Origin: Octopus vulgaris
Taxonomy: Eukaryota
NCBI GenBank assembly: GCA_951406725.2
Contig: OX597818.1
Location: forward strand, 142,600,001 to 142,664,000
Direction: 5' to 3'
DNA length: 64,000 bases
The notes beneath the pieces were generated by a model. It worked only from the letters and a program-made list of their open reading frames with translations, had not been told where the DNA came from and searched no databases. How positions within the stretch are numbered: position 1 is the stretch's first letter; each line of letters opens with the position of its first letter. A program made the position numbers and the translations under genes. Of the stretch, positions 25,822 through 38,964 are shown piece by piece.

Positions 25822-27821
25822 AACTTTCTTTATTGGCCAAACAGGGCTGAACACAGGGAGGACCAATACAAATGTAGCACTTTTCTTTTCGAAAATGGAA
25901 AAAAAAGGGGAAAAATAAGGAAAAAAAGTAAAATTCCTATCAAAAGGGACTGGGAAAAAAAAAGCCGATCAAAAGGGATCGTGTATCACGGAAGAATTTT
26001 TAAAATGTAAAAAGTAAGATTAGGCTTATCCATGGAAAGAAAAGCCTACGGAAAAGACCACAGTAACCTCGGGCAGGGAGGGAATAAACACACGAGAGCA
26101 AAGTGCTCTCTCTCTCTCTCTCTCTTTTTTTGATTTACATATACCAAACAAGTCTTTTTTTTTATTTGCATATGCCAAATAAGTCTGGCATATGACAAAG
26201 AAGTTCGTGGGGCAGACCATCCAAGCCTGGTGACTTGTCTCCTGCACAACCTGCCATTGCATCCCGTATGTCTACAGCTGTGATGGGTCTTTCACAATAC
26301 TCTGCCTCTCTTACTGAGAGTTGTGGCAGGCTATGCAGGTAGGCACTAAGTCCACTCTTCATTCTGACCCACCAGTTGTCCCAAACAGTCGTTGTTGAAA
26401 GGCCTCACACATCCTTACAGGCTCAAATAATTTGTGTCCCCCCATTCATCTATCAGAGACCTAATGGTGGCTTTGTTGCCTCGTTGCACTTCTGCCACTC
26501 AGGCCTCTCGGGCGGCTCCAACTCCTTCGTTCCTCAGAATACGCATCCTCGCTCTGACAATGCATCCTTCGTGTTTGGTGTTGAAGTGTTGGTTGAGGGC
26601 CAACCTCACTGCCAGTACATTGGACGCGATGCAAGTTCTAAGAGCCTCTTCTAATTTCTTAACTAGGTCTCCTTCTATTCTGTTTCAGTCTAATGCTAGG
26701 GTCTTACTTTACCTAACTGATTCTGCTTTAATTGCTTTCTTTAGGGCATACCACCATCTATTGTTGATGATGGCACCCGTTAATGCTCTCTTAACTAATG
26801 TGCTAATCTGGTCCCTGTAAGCCTAGCATGCCATGAGTGACGCATTCAGCTTTCAGTAACCAGAATCCTGCCTATGTGTCATATCTAAGTCAAGTGTACA
26901 AGTCACAAATTTGTGGTCTGTGTAGGAATTGTGAACAACCTACTCTATCCTTATCCACTGTCCTACAGAACACTCTATCTAAATACGATCTGGACAACTT
27001 GATGTGGTTGCTCCATGTCCACATTGGCATATTTGGGTGGTCCAGTCGGTACTTGCTAGACAGTTGGAAACATCTGAGCAGATCTTTAAGGCATTTACAT
27101 CCCCTCCTATTACTATCTCTGCCCATGTAGTCTAGATGCGTGTCCAGGGTAGCGTTCCAATCCCCCACTAAAAGTAAAGGTCGAGACGTTCCAAGGAAAA
27201 CCTCTAGATGTCAAAAGAAATCTGGCCAACCTGTTAAGGATGATGCACAAACTGTTATCAGTCGAAAAGCACACCCATTACTGCCATTGACATCCAAGAT
27301 GACCAGCCTACCCTCTGGGTCTAGGAAATCTACTCTTACTTTGAGGTCCAGACTCTTCTGAAGAAGCACTGCAGTGCCACCTCCACTCATTCTCGACAGG
27401 CACGGAGAAAAATAAATGTCAAAATGTCCGCTGAACATGTACTGAAGGGCCCGTGGGCTGTGAAGTCTGGTCTCACTGATGGCTATGATATGCAGATTCT
27501 GTGACTTGATGTCATTTAACAGGTAGCCTTGTTTCCAAGGTGACCCCAAGCCACATACATTTATACTACCTATTTTGAGCATGTTCCTATCGAAAGTTGT
27601 GTTTCACACATGAAAGGAAGAAGAAAGAGAGAGAGAGAGAGTCACTGTCTGAAAGTTGTTTGTCCTTCACCTCACAGTCTTCTCCCTGAAGGTTTTTGCA
27701 TAGTTTTTTTAGACAAGTATTTTTGAAATCTACCTGCATCCAAGTAGAGAGATTTCAGTGTGCTGTGTGTGTTCTGTGTATGATTTTAATGTGTTGTGGT
27801 GGTGGTGGTGGTGGTGTTTGT
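25822..27821 (-). mobile_element. Internally deleted, decayed Tx1/L1-like LINE flanked by GATA/GACA microsatellites
   Basis: APE endonuclease motifs SINVCGL, IAISETRL, GDWNA, SYLDRVF and pre-RT KSPGLDGLP; frameshifts; RT core absent; 3' end caataaagaaag. Confidence 0.87.
26162..27582 (-). pseudogene. Frameshifted LINE ORF2 (apurinic-like endonuclease plus linker)
   Basis: ORF pieces 27211-27582, 26890-27168 and 26162-26362 are colinear with a Tx1/L1 ORF2. Confidence 0.88.

Positions 27822-27894
<73 letters not shown>
27822..27894. repeat. (AGAT)n microsatellite
   Basis: Directly visible. Confidence 0.98.
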
Positions 27895-27895
<1 letters not shown>

Positions 27896-27955
27896 TGTCA
27901 CACATTCACAGCATACACACGTAGTATATATCAAACACATACACATATACATGTA

Positions 27956-27991
<36 letters not shown>

Positions 27992-29601
27992 TTACAGACA
28001 AAAATTAAAAAAAGGAGTAATCATTTTAGGTAACTTTATAATCCTTCTTCCCTTCCATTTGTTTTCTTCATTTCTTTGTTATATCTTTGCTACTTGCATA
28101 TCTTCTGCCACTCTCCTATCACCATTCCAAGGCACCTGTGGAGATTTCCTTTCACTCAATTTTCCAGTTACATTTCGTATTCTATTTTCACTTTTCTTTT
28201 TTTTTTCCGTGTTTGATCAAGATATAAATTGGAAATTCATATTCATCTGAATTGCCTCAAACAAAATGCATGTTCAAGAAATATAAAACTTCTCACAGAG
28301 TAGACAAATATGTGTGTTTTGCAGTATAATATAAATGGGATTTTTATTCGAAGTTGATTTTTTATTTCCTCACCAGTTTGAGAAATAAAATACCTGATCA
28401 ACTTTGAATTATGTATAAAGAAGATGCTGCAGTTAAATGAACCTAGTGAATTTATAAATAGTATACAGTGTAGAGTTAAGCTAAATTGCAAATTGTGTAA
28501 CCTTGTTTGATAAAGGTCCCTATCAAATTACATTTAAGTTCATTTTCATATGCATTGAAAGCTGTTTTAGATAACAATCAAATCAGTTTATGATAATGAA
28601 AATGACTAATTCTAGCAGAGGTTCTAGTTCAATGTTCATTAATTATTTATTAAGACTGATCGATCTGCTTTGATCTAAAATACCTTTTAGTTCTTTTTCA
28701 TATTTTTGAACTGCTAATTAGGTTAACCCTTACAATTTGTTACCATTACAACCAAATAAACCCATAAATTGTATGCTTAGATAACAGAATTCCGTGTGGT
28801 TCTTCATTATTTATAATGTGTCTGCCTGTGGGTCAATCATCTCTTTCTCTCCTCCTCTCTTTCCTTTTATCTATCTTCCTAACAGTATCTAAAAGCAGTT
28901 AGCAGCTAGGATACTTTCACCATCTCTGTATTTCACTGAAACATTGATGGGTTGTTTAGTTAACTGAAAATTAAGTAATAAAACAGAAGTTTCACATCGT
29001 CATGGCAGTAATAACTTTTCTAAAGTTCATTTAATTATAAAATTTCTTTCGACAAACTTTCTTCAGAAGAAGAGTAGAAGAATTTTTCACAATATCTTCC
29101 AGACAGAATTTATGTCTGAAGATGAAAGAAACCAAATGTATAACACAATTTCTGATAAGCTTTCAAGTATTTTGATAATGCAGAAAGCAGATTTTTCATA
29201 ATAGTTAGAAATATTTCAGAATTAAAAGTTCTGAGAATTTGATCAAAAGTAAGAACAGTACCATGGACAAAGAAATCTTCACCCTTGTAATTCTAAACTT
29301 TTGAGATTTCTTGATAATTATTGCCAAAGTGAACACCAAACCTGGTTTTCATATTCTGTTATAATATAAATCAATTTCTTTTTTTTTTTTTCTTCAACAG
29401 GTTTCAATCATTGCACTGCGGCCATGCTGGAGTTCCACCTTCAAGAATTTTAGACAATCATTTCAATCTAACACATACAATTTAAAATTCAGAACCATAT
29501 AACTGAAGCAGGGTATATATATATACATATATATATATATATGTATATATATATAGCATGTATGTATCCTCTTCCGACTGTCTCTCATAAAAATGAAAGA
29601 T

Positions 29602-30045
29602 CATCATCATCATCATCATCATCGTTTAACGTCCACTTTCCATGCTAGCATGGGCTGGACGGTTCAACTGGGGTCTGGGAAACCCGAAGGCTATACCAGG
29701 CCAGTCAGATCTGGCAGTGTTTCTACAGCTGGATGCCCTTCCTAACGCCAACCACTCCGAGAGTGTAGTGGGTGATTTTATGTGCCACCGACACAGGTGC
29801 CAGACGAGGCTGGCGAACGGCCATGCTCGGATGGTGTTTCTTATGTGCCACCGACACAGGTGCCAGACGAGGCTGGCGAATGGCCACGCTCGGATGGTGT
29901 TTTTTATGTGCCACTGACACAGGTGCCAGACGAGGCTGGCGAATGGCCACACTCGGATGGTGTTTCTTATGTGCCACCGACACAAGTGCCAGACGAGGCT
30001 GGCGAATGGCCACACTCGGATGGTGTTTTTTATGTGCCACCGACA
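29602..30045 (-). mobile_element. RTE 3' UTR insertion with about four 63-bp tandem units
   Basis: (CAT)n tail; 16-bp direct repeat cataaaaatgaaagat at 29586-29601 and 30046-30061. Confidence 0.92.
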
Positions 30046-30144
30046 CATAAAAATGAAAGATGTATATTGAAATAAAATTATTTATTTGCATCAACTTATA
30101 CATCTTAGGCAAGCATTGCATACACGATATTCATGTAAGAATAA

Positions 30145-30375
30145 GGCAGCGAGCTGGCAGAATCATTAGCACGCCGGGCGAAATGCGTAGCCGTATTTCG
30201 TCTGCCGTTACGTTCTGAGTTCAAATCCCGCCGAGGTCGACTTTGCCTTTCATCCTTTCGGGGTCTATAAATTAAGTACCAGTTATGCACTGGGGTCGAT
30301 GTAATCGATTTAATACCTATGTCTGTCCTTGTTTGTCCCCTCTGTGTTTAGCCCCTTGTGGGCAATAAAGAAATA
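30145..30375 (+). mobile_element. Full-length family A SINE
   Basis: A and B boxes (tggcagaatc, gagttcaaatcc); TSD gatattcatgtaagaa at 30126-30141 and 30376-30391. Confidence 0.95.
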
Positions 30376-30517
30376 GATATTCATGTAAGAAATGGCAACA
30401 TATCAAATCCAGAATTTATTTCAGCCTGTCACTTATTTTATTGATCTTTATTTATCAAATTACTAAGTTTTCCCACCTGACAAAAGATTGGAACTTGGCA
30501 CACTGTTTTAGGCTGGT

Positions 30518-30563
<46 letters not shown>

Positions 30564-32424
30564 CAGGCTTTGCAGAATTTCCATCTACAAAATTTCACTC
30601 ATTCATCCACGTGGTATAAGTCAACTAGAGGCTTAAGTAGTAGACACTTACCCAAGTTCCTGTGCTGTGGAATCTAACCTAGAGTCATATGCCCATACTT
30701 AATGCATTGTAAATTGTAACATTTGACTATATCCATGCACACACTCATGAAGTGTTCAGTCTAACTTTAAACCTTGTTCAATAGATTTCATAGTATGACT
30801 AGTTATTTAAAACTTCAGTAAAATTTATTAACACACTATAACTATAACTTCTGTTTCTAGCCTGCCCATTACTGAGAACAACCTATAAGACTATAAGATA
30901 ATATTCTGTCTTTTAATTATTGTTATTTTGAAATATCATCAAAAACATTCTTTGTAGTTGAAAATCTATAAAATTCTTTGTTATTCCTGTGTGAACTAAC
31001 CACTGGGCATTTAACATTCCTTTAACAGAAGAACTACTTTTAAGTAAATTCTAAAGGAAAGAAAACTCTCAGATAGAAAGAATGAAAATGTCTAGAAATC
31101 GAACACAATAAAACTACAACTGCTTTTGACTACATTTAATATTACATCTTCTAACTACATTGAATGTACACGTAAAACATCAAATACACATTGAAAATTG
31201 TCTTTTTAATCTTTATTTCCAAATCATCATTTGGAATTCATTGATATTCTTGTTGCTAGCATCATCATTATATATTTGTTCACAACCAATCATTACATCA
31301 ATAGCCATGATGAGCCAACAAGGGGAATATCTCAGTAGTCACTCAACCTGATACAAATGGCAATTAAGTATTTCTTAAATCACATCCAGGTATCTTAAAT
31401 GAGGTAATAACATATTGAATCATTTATGTAATCCAAGATACACCTTTAAAAAGACGAGATGTTCATGGCTGGAAGGTCTGATCAAGGTCGGTCTGGGGTT
31501 AACAGGAACAATATCAATAGCTTTTTCTTTTAGGCAAAAAGCAGGCAAAAACTGAACAAGTTATTCATCATTTTGTCTGTCTTCGGAAACTCCACAACCT
31601 TGAGTAGTGGTTGAGAAATCAGAACATAACATAGAATTAGTTTAATCTGGTTCAAATTAGATACACCTGAGGTGGCTCTAGTGAAGCAGAATAATATTTG
31701 TACTTCCTGACCAAACACATAATGTGATTCATGATGCTATTTCTAATCTGATTAAACAAAAAAAAATTCCATTTGCTGTTTTAACAAAACAAGGGGTGAA
31801 CTCCCTTTATTTTTTATTTACATTTATTTTCTCTAATATTTTTAGTGCATAATTTCAAATACAAAAGACTTCAAAATATGACTTTTTTTATTTTTGTTAT
31901 CGACTGATTGCAGTCATTTAAACACACATTTAAACACACATTTAAATCGTCCACTACCAAGAGGTGAGTATTTGAGAGGGGAAGGTGGAAGTGGGTGGCT
32001 TATGGCTGGTCTTGGAAGTCTAAAGTACAATAGAGGAACGAGCACAAGTATCTTGTTATAGAGGAGATACATGGCTGAAGGAGACAAAAGAAAGGCAATG
32101 ATGGGGTGCTGGAGCAAACTCTTTAGGTACATGAGGGTGAGCATAAGAAAAGATACAGCCAGTGGGTCTTGAGAGGGAGTAGTAACAGATGTGTAAAGAT
32201 GAGAATAGAGGAGTGAATTTAGTGAGGGATGAACTTGAGGTGTGGTTGAAGGGGAATACCAGCATGGAGAAGAATAAGGTGAGAGAAATAGAAGCAGTTC
32301 AGGAAGGGGAATCAATCAAAAAGTAGTGTGATGGTGCACAAGACGTAGTAGTTGTGGGAGATATAGAGGTACATAAGGAGCTTTAGTAAGTGGGGTATGA
32401 TGACATGAGGAGGCTTTGAGAATA

Positions 32425-32946
32425 CTGTAAATCCTCAAGTATAATCCACATTCTTTTCCCAAAATTTAAGGGTCAAAATCCCTAGTGTGTACTATATACG
32501 AGGTTGAAAATGAAAAATATTTTCCAAGCAATGTCCGAGTCTCTATTTGCTGTCCGGCAATGTTTATTCAGACACATTTTGTGATGTCGGGTGCGAAAAT
32601 ACCTTAAGCTAAGCCTAAAAGCAATGAAGTCATAAAAGAATCATCCATAACTTGCAGTAAGCAACATTTATTAAAATAAAAGTATTCAGAACACAGAATA
32701 ACATATAACAAAAACAATTTGCAAACATATTTACATTCCCATAAAACAGTTAAGAACATCACCATTATTGTATTACGCATGCGCGGAAGTGTTTGTTGGA
32801 CTAGATGCTGCTGGCTTAATTACACACAACTCAAGTTAGAGAAGGAGTGCATATTATACACAAGGTTTAGGTTTTTCAGAGGTACAGCCCCCTAAAAATC
32901 CCCTGCGTATTATACTCAAGGGTGGACTACACTCGAAGATTTACGG
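32425..32946. mobile_element. pogo/Tc2-like MITE
   Basis: TIRs ctgtaaatcctcaagtataatccac / gtggactacactcgaagatttacgg; TA on both sides. Confidence 0.88.
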
Positions 32947-34411
32947 TAATAGCAATATAGTTGTGTGTGTGTATGGCAATAAGTTTGCTTCCCAGTCATA
33001 TAGTTTTAAGTTCAGTTCCACTGTGAGGTACCTTGGACAATTGGTAGCTTGGACTATAACCCAACCAAAGCCTTGTCAGTGGATTTGAGAGACAGAAACT
33101 GAAAGAATCCTGTTGCATACATGAACATGTATGTGTGTATCTGCATTACAGTCTCCTTGCCTTGACATCACATAATAGTTCTAAATCCTTGTCAAAATCA
33201 TGCAAACGGTATCCTTCATTTCCAGTCTTCCATGAAACATGTCTGGTCATGGGAAAACCTGAGAGGGTTGGTGACAGGAAGAGCGTACAGCTGTAAAAAA
33301 ATCTACTCCAAGAAATTCTGTCTGGCCCTTGTGAGTATGGAAAAGTGAATGTCAAAACGATGATGATGATGATGATGAACATATAGTATTTTTATTTATA
33401 TTAAAATAATACTCTTGTGTTTTTCTCTGTCACAACATATGAATGAGAAAGGAAGGAGTGATGGCAAACTGGTACACATATTACATTTCAACTCTGTGTG
33501 AGCATATGCATGTGTGTGTGTATGTGTGTGTGCATAGGATGGTGAACATTCAATGCTGAAAAGAAAAATCAAACAGCATTTCAACTCTGTGTGAGTATGT
33601 GTATGTGTGTGCATGTACATGGTAAATGTATGTGTGAACCAGCATTCTTGCAGTAACAAATGATGATCAAAGTCACATCTCAAAAATACAAGCACTAGAT
33701 AACATTGACAAGTGTATTAATTTGATTTACCATCCATATTTATATATAAAATACTACAATTAGCTGTCATTTTTGATGGCACAGAGCCAGCTAGTTGTGT
33801 AATTTTTTTACCTTATACTCCATTCACCTATTGCTGAGATACTGTCTTGAAGGGTTTTAGTCTGATAAATCGACCCCAGTACTTATTTTCTTTCTAAGCT
33901 TGACAATTATTCTATCAGTCTTGAAGCAAATGATTTCCTGGATTCTTAGCCAGAATTCAAAATTCAGTCTAAGTTTTTCTACTGAGTCCCTTCCTATTGT
34001 TCTCAGCTTTAGCACTAAGAGATTCATGAGTGTAAACTATCAATTTATGATCATTTCATGTCAGGCTTAGTTCAAAGCAGGTAACATGAAAAATTCTGTT
34101 CAGCCTGACCTAAATTAAATAGGAAAATATAAATACAGGACCCAAATTCAGTTCTCTCGTTTTTGCCTGGCCAAGGGAGCACTTCAGGAATGACAGATCA
34201 AGGGAGCATTCAACTTTCACCTTTTCTACTTGTCGACCCACAGTGATAAATTCCATTGCTTTTTCTCTCTCCTTTTTCCATCTGTCTCCTAGTAGTCAAC
34301 AAAAGATGAACACAGCTACTCAAAGTGAATAACAGAAATTCAACTATTTTTTTGTATAACAATAGCTCAAAGAAGTTACTGCTATTGTAATGGTAAAATA
34401 AAGGTCATTGA

Positions 34412-34643
34412 AGGCAGTGAGCTGGCAGAATCGTTAGCACGCCGGGCGAAATGCTTACCGGGATTTCGTCTGCCGCTACGTTCTGAGTTCAAATTCCGCC
34501 AAGGTCGACTTTGCCTTTCATCCTTCCGGGGTTGATTAAATAAGTACTAGTTATTCACTGGGGTCGATATAATCAACTTAATCCGTTTGTCTGTCCTTGT
34601 TTGTCCTGTCTGTGTTTAGCCCCTTGTGGGTAGTAAAGAAATA
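34412..34643 (+). mobile_element. Full-length family A SINE
   Basis: TSD ggtaaaataaaggt at 34392-34405 and 34644-34657. Confidence 0.94.
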
Positions 34644-36279
34644 GGTAAAATAAAGGTAATTTCAACCATTTTTTTCTCTTGTCATTTATTTCATGCATAT
34701 AACAACTACAGTCCAATGCTGAATCATTAAGCTACAAAGAATGCAAACAAACCAACACAGGTTGTCAAGTGGTGGTGATGGTGGGGGAACAAACACAAAG
34801 ACACACATACACATATATGGTAGGCTTCTCTTAGTTCCTGTCTACCAAATCCACCTACAAGTTCACATTATTTTCATAAATTGATTTATTGCATTACAAA
34901 CGCAATGCTGCTGAAACCAATTACTTGTAGAATATGCTTTTTTTTTGCTATTCTGAAAATCTATCTCAGCTGGTAATATGTGTATCAGAGGATTTCAACA
35001 GTGTTGTTGTTTAGCCACAGGTTGTTGAAATGCGTGTGCACACACACACACACACAGATTTCATTTCTCTTCAATCATTTTGTAATACAGAAAGGAATTA
35101 AGAACCTGATGTCCCTATATATTATTATTGATACTTTATTATTGATCTCCCATAAAATTAAGTGCAAACAAGGAAACATATAAATATATACATTAAATCA
35201 TTTATTTTAACTTTGTACTATCGACTTCGCTTTCACTAATCTTACAAAGAAATTGATTCTCCAGCTTTGTTAAACATCAAATGATGTGTGTACACCTTTA
35301 GGTGTTCATTTTTGCCCGCACACGTGTGTATGCATGCGTGCCTTTGTGCTAACTTTAGTCATCAATACATTTGGATATAGCTGAATGATATATCTCTGTG
35401 ATACACAAAATTGCTCTCTCCACAGACAGTGGTTTATATCAGCCACCACCTTCTAATACACATTTAAATACTCTGTGATATAAATTCAATACTAAATATA
35501 ACACTTAATTTAATTTTGTTTAGTTGTTATTGTTTAACCACAGGTCAACTCTGGTCAAATAGATTCATGATCAAAGACGGCATAACCTATAAAAGTGTGA
35601 CTATCCCACCCCCAGGACAAAACCCCCTAAAAAAAGAAGAAAAATAAATTAAGTAAAAACCTAAGGACAAATCCTCCTCCAGGACTAAAAGTAAGTAATT
35701 TTTAAATCAATTTTTATTCTTTTTATTTGTAGTTTACGAATACTTCTCTGAGATGCAAAATATTGCATTAATTACATATTAATTACCTAATAACTCCAAT
35801 CACAAAAATGAGCATAATGAAAAGAACTTCATACCATATCTTAGAAAAATTAAAACAAACACAATAATGAAAAATCTCATTAAGTATTGAGGGTCACTTA
35901 AAGTTCATTTTACAACAACCTGTTACTGTGACCTCTACCATTCAGAAACTCCTCCCATGGTTTTGTTTTCATTCACATTTGGGTGTTTTGTCTTTCAGAG
36001 AATGGAAATTTGTTAATGAAATTTTTTGTAAATGGTACAAATTCTGATTACATAGGAATTTTATGTGAAAAATTTTTCAGCGATGGTGATGGTGGTGATG
36101 GTGGTTTAGGATAATTCATGAGTTGGCTATGAGTCCTCATAATTTTCAGAAAAATGAGTATTTTAAAGAAATTTTCTATAAATACTTTTCAAATGATGTA
36201 GATAACAATTATATCAGGATTAAAAATAAATAAAATTAATAAAAATTGGTTGGTGCATTTATATACAAACTGATTAAAG

Positions 36280-36620
36280 GGTAAAGAACCCCCTCAAACA
36301 TGAATGACCATGGGATTACACCTAGAAAGTTACCCTCCAATGCACAAGTCTGAGCAAGGTTGTTTATGGAAGACGAGCAGTCGCCCATGCATACCAGCCT
36401 CCCTTTCCACACCACTGATGCTATCCAAGGGCAAGGCAAAGGGGCCGATACAACTTGGCACCAGTGACGTCACAACGCATTTCAACAGCCAACTGAAATG
36501 GAACAATGTGGAATATAGTGTCGTGCTGAAGAACACAACACACAGTTCAGTCCGGGAATCAAACTCACTACCTCACGATTGTAACCCCAACACTCTAACC
36601 ACTGAGCCATGTGCCTTCAC
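36280..36620 (-). mobile_element. Family D tRNA-derived SINE
   Basis: Minus head gtgaaggcacatggctcagtggttagagtg..gagtttgattcccggac. Confidence 0.87.
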
Positions 36621-36906
36621 TACATACATACTGACACACATCACATATATCTCTTCCATCTAAAAAGAATTTATTCTTTTGTTATTTTACTTGTTTCAGT
36701 CATTTGACAGCAGCCATGCTGGAGCACTGCCTTAAGTCAAACAAATCAACCCCGAGACTTCTTCTTTGTAAGCCTAGTATTTATTCTATCGGTCTCTTTT
36801 GTCAAATTGCTAAATTATGGGGATGTGAACACACCAACATTGGTTGTCAAGCGATGGTGGGGAGACAAACACTGACACACACACACAAATATATACATAT
36901 ATATAT

Positions 36907-37038
36907 ATTTATTATATAGAAGGAGCTTCTACAGGACTAGTACTGTTTCATTCAAGAGAAATCTTCAGGAAGCTTCCTGAAGATTTCTCTTGAATGAAAC
37001 AGTACTAGTCCTGTAGAAGCTCCTTCTATATAATAAAT
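36907..37038. repeat. Perfect 132-bp palindrome centred on aagctt (36972/36973)
   Basis: Arms are exact reverse complements with no spacer. Confidence 0.97.
36971..37021 (+). ncRNA. Type I hammerhead ribozyme motif; identical copy on the minus strand (36924-36974)
   Basis: agcuuc-CUGAAGA-uuuc(ucuu)gaau-GAA-ACAG(uacuaguc)CUGU-A-gaagcu. Intact core, GUA cleavage triplet, weak stem II closure. Confidence 0.8.
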
Positions 37039-37632
37039 TAATTTTACTCTGCTATGTATTGAGTACCTTACTTACTGTGGTTAACCCCGAATCAACCCGG
37101 GACCTACATACATATATATATATATATTTATCCGATGGGCTTCTCTCAGTTTCTCTCTACCGAATCCACTCATAAGGCTTTTGTTGGCCCTGAGGCTATA
37201 GTAGAAGACACTTGGCCAAGGTACCACGCAGTGGGACTGAACCCAGAACTATGTGGTTGGGAAGCAAGCTTCTTACCTGCAGCTATCACAGCTATTCCTG
37301 CACCTATTTGTAGAAAATCTCATTAACAGTATCCATTTTTCTGAAAGTTATGAGGAAACAAAATCAAGGTAGAAGAAGCACACTCGTGTAATTATGCCAT
37401 GAAAGGAATACAACCCATAAATATCAAGCCTTTTGTTTAAGGGCTATGCATCTAATGGTACATTTTCCGTAATACAGTAGAGTGTAATTTAAATATTTGG
37501 CTGCTATTTCTTGCAGCTAGTGAAGTGATCACAGAAGCTTCCTGTCATTTCTGTAGGAAATGAAAAAAAAATTATATAATCATACATTAAAACTAACTAC
37601 AATTTGCAATTTAATAAACTAATAAACTTGTT

Positions 37633-37933
37633 TAGTTCTATATTTAAGAGATGAGGAATTATTTACATTATTTACATTTGACGGATATTTGTCCTCATCT
37701 TGTTTGTTGTCAGGTGTCTTGGGGAAATTTTGCACCTGGGTTCTCATTCCTAAGGTATTTTTCGGTGTTGTTGTTGTTATTATTATCATTATTTTATTAT
37801 TCAGGTCACTGCCTGGAATCAAACTTGGAATCTTGAGGTTAGTAGCCTGCACTCTTAACCATGGGCATATGGTGTAGTGGTTAAGAGCCCAGGCTACTAA
37901 CCCCAAGATTTCGAGTTTGATTCCAGGCAGTGA

Positions 37934-37978
<45 letters not shown>

Positions 37979-38127
37979 CAAGAACAACATCAAAAAATAC
38001 CTTAGGAATGAGAACCCAGGTTTGAAATTTCTCCAAGACACCTGATAAAGGCTGAGGGTATATCAGCCAAAACGTTGTGTTAACAGCAAACAAGATGAGG
38101 ACAAATATTCATCGAATGTAAATAATG
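37633..38127. mobile_element. Head-to-head inverted element made of a tRNA-derived head, (AAT)n and a hammerhead-bearing tail
   Basis: Arms of about 230 and 250 bp are reverse-complementary; flanking direct repeat aataaacttgtt at 37621-37632 and 38128-38139. Confidence 0.88.
38038..38080 (+). ncRNA. Degenerate minimal type I hammerhead (G8A, G12A)
   Basis: acac-CUGAUAA-A-GGCUG(agggUAUAU)CAGCC-AAAAC-GU-U-gugu; stems I-III intact. Confidence 0.72.
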
Positions 38128-38364
38128 AATAAACTTGTTAACTCCTGGTCATCTATGATCTAGCAAACTTATGGTCGAAGTCCAGTAAAGATTTTCCAGT
38201 TAATTATTTAACCCAGTCTTCAGAAATTTATTCGGTTTAAGCAGTGATCTTTTTAAACCCCCATCCTCTAATATTTTTGTGCTTTATTTTTATATATATA
38301 TATTTAACCCTTTTTAGTTTTTTTAGGTTTTAAACACAAGAGATTAAGAATATGAAGTTAAGAA

Positions 38365-38757
38365 GTTTAGCAGCCACATAGTTTCAGGTTCAGTCCCTCT
38401 ACATGGTACTTTGGGTGTCTTCTACTACAGCCCCAGTTTGACCGATGCCTTGCAAGGGAACTTGGTAGACGGAAACTGTGTGGAAGACCATAGTATATTT
38501 GCATGTGCGTGCGTGAGTGCGAGTGTATCCTTGATAATCGGTGTTGGTTTGCTGACTTTTAATATAGCAGTTCGACAAAAAGACACTGATAGAATAAATA
38601 CCAGACTTAAAGAAATAAGTACTGGTACTTATTCTGTCGGTCGCTCTTGCCAAAACCACTTTAAACGATAAGTACAGGGATCGATTTGTTCAACTAAGCT
38701 CAAGACAGTGCTCCAGCATGGCCGCAGTCCAGCGACTGAAACAAGTAAAATATAAAA
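38365..38757 (+). mobile_element. Diverged family B SINE
   Basis: Similarity to other copies; tail gactgaaacaagtaaaa. Confidence 0.8.
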
Positions 38758-38964
38758 GTCATATAAGAAACATATGAGTGTTCAGGTATTTATAGTTTTT
38801 TTCTGTATGTTTTTGTGTGCATGTTTTATAAATATAAAAAAATTACTATTTGAAATTACATTTTCTTTTGTAATAAAAAAACGACAACAAAAACAGCACC
38901 AATCTAAATTTGCAGAAAGTGTAACGCTACAATACTAATTGCTTTCATTAATAAATGCACGTTA

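Larger units (their letters stand above)
36680..37290 (-). mobile_element. Family B SINE interrupted in its (TA)n tract by a palindromic hammerhead element
   Basis: The two SINE halves are colinear on either side of 36907-37108. Confidence 0.87.

Noticed and set aside
37863-37935. tRNA-like sequences here and at 46440-46511, 62715-62788 and 2980-3048
   Set aside because: SINE heads: acceptor stems are not closed and each continues into repeat body, so they are not called tRNA genes.
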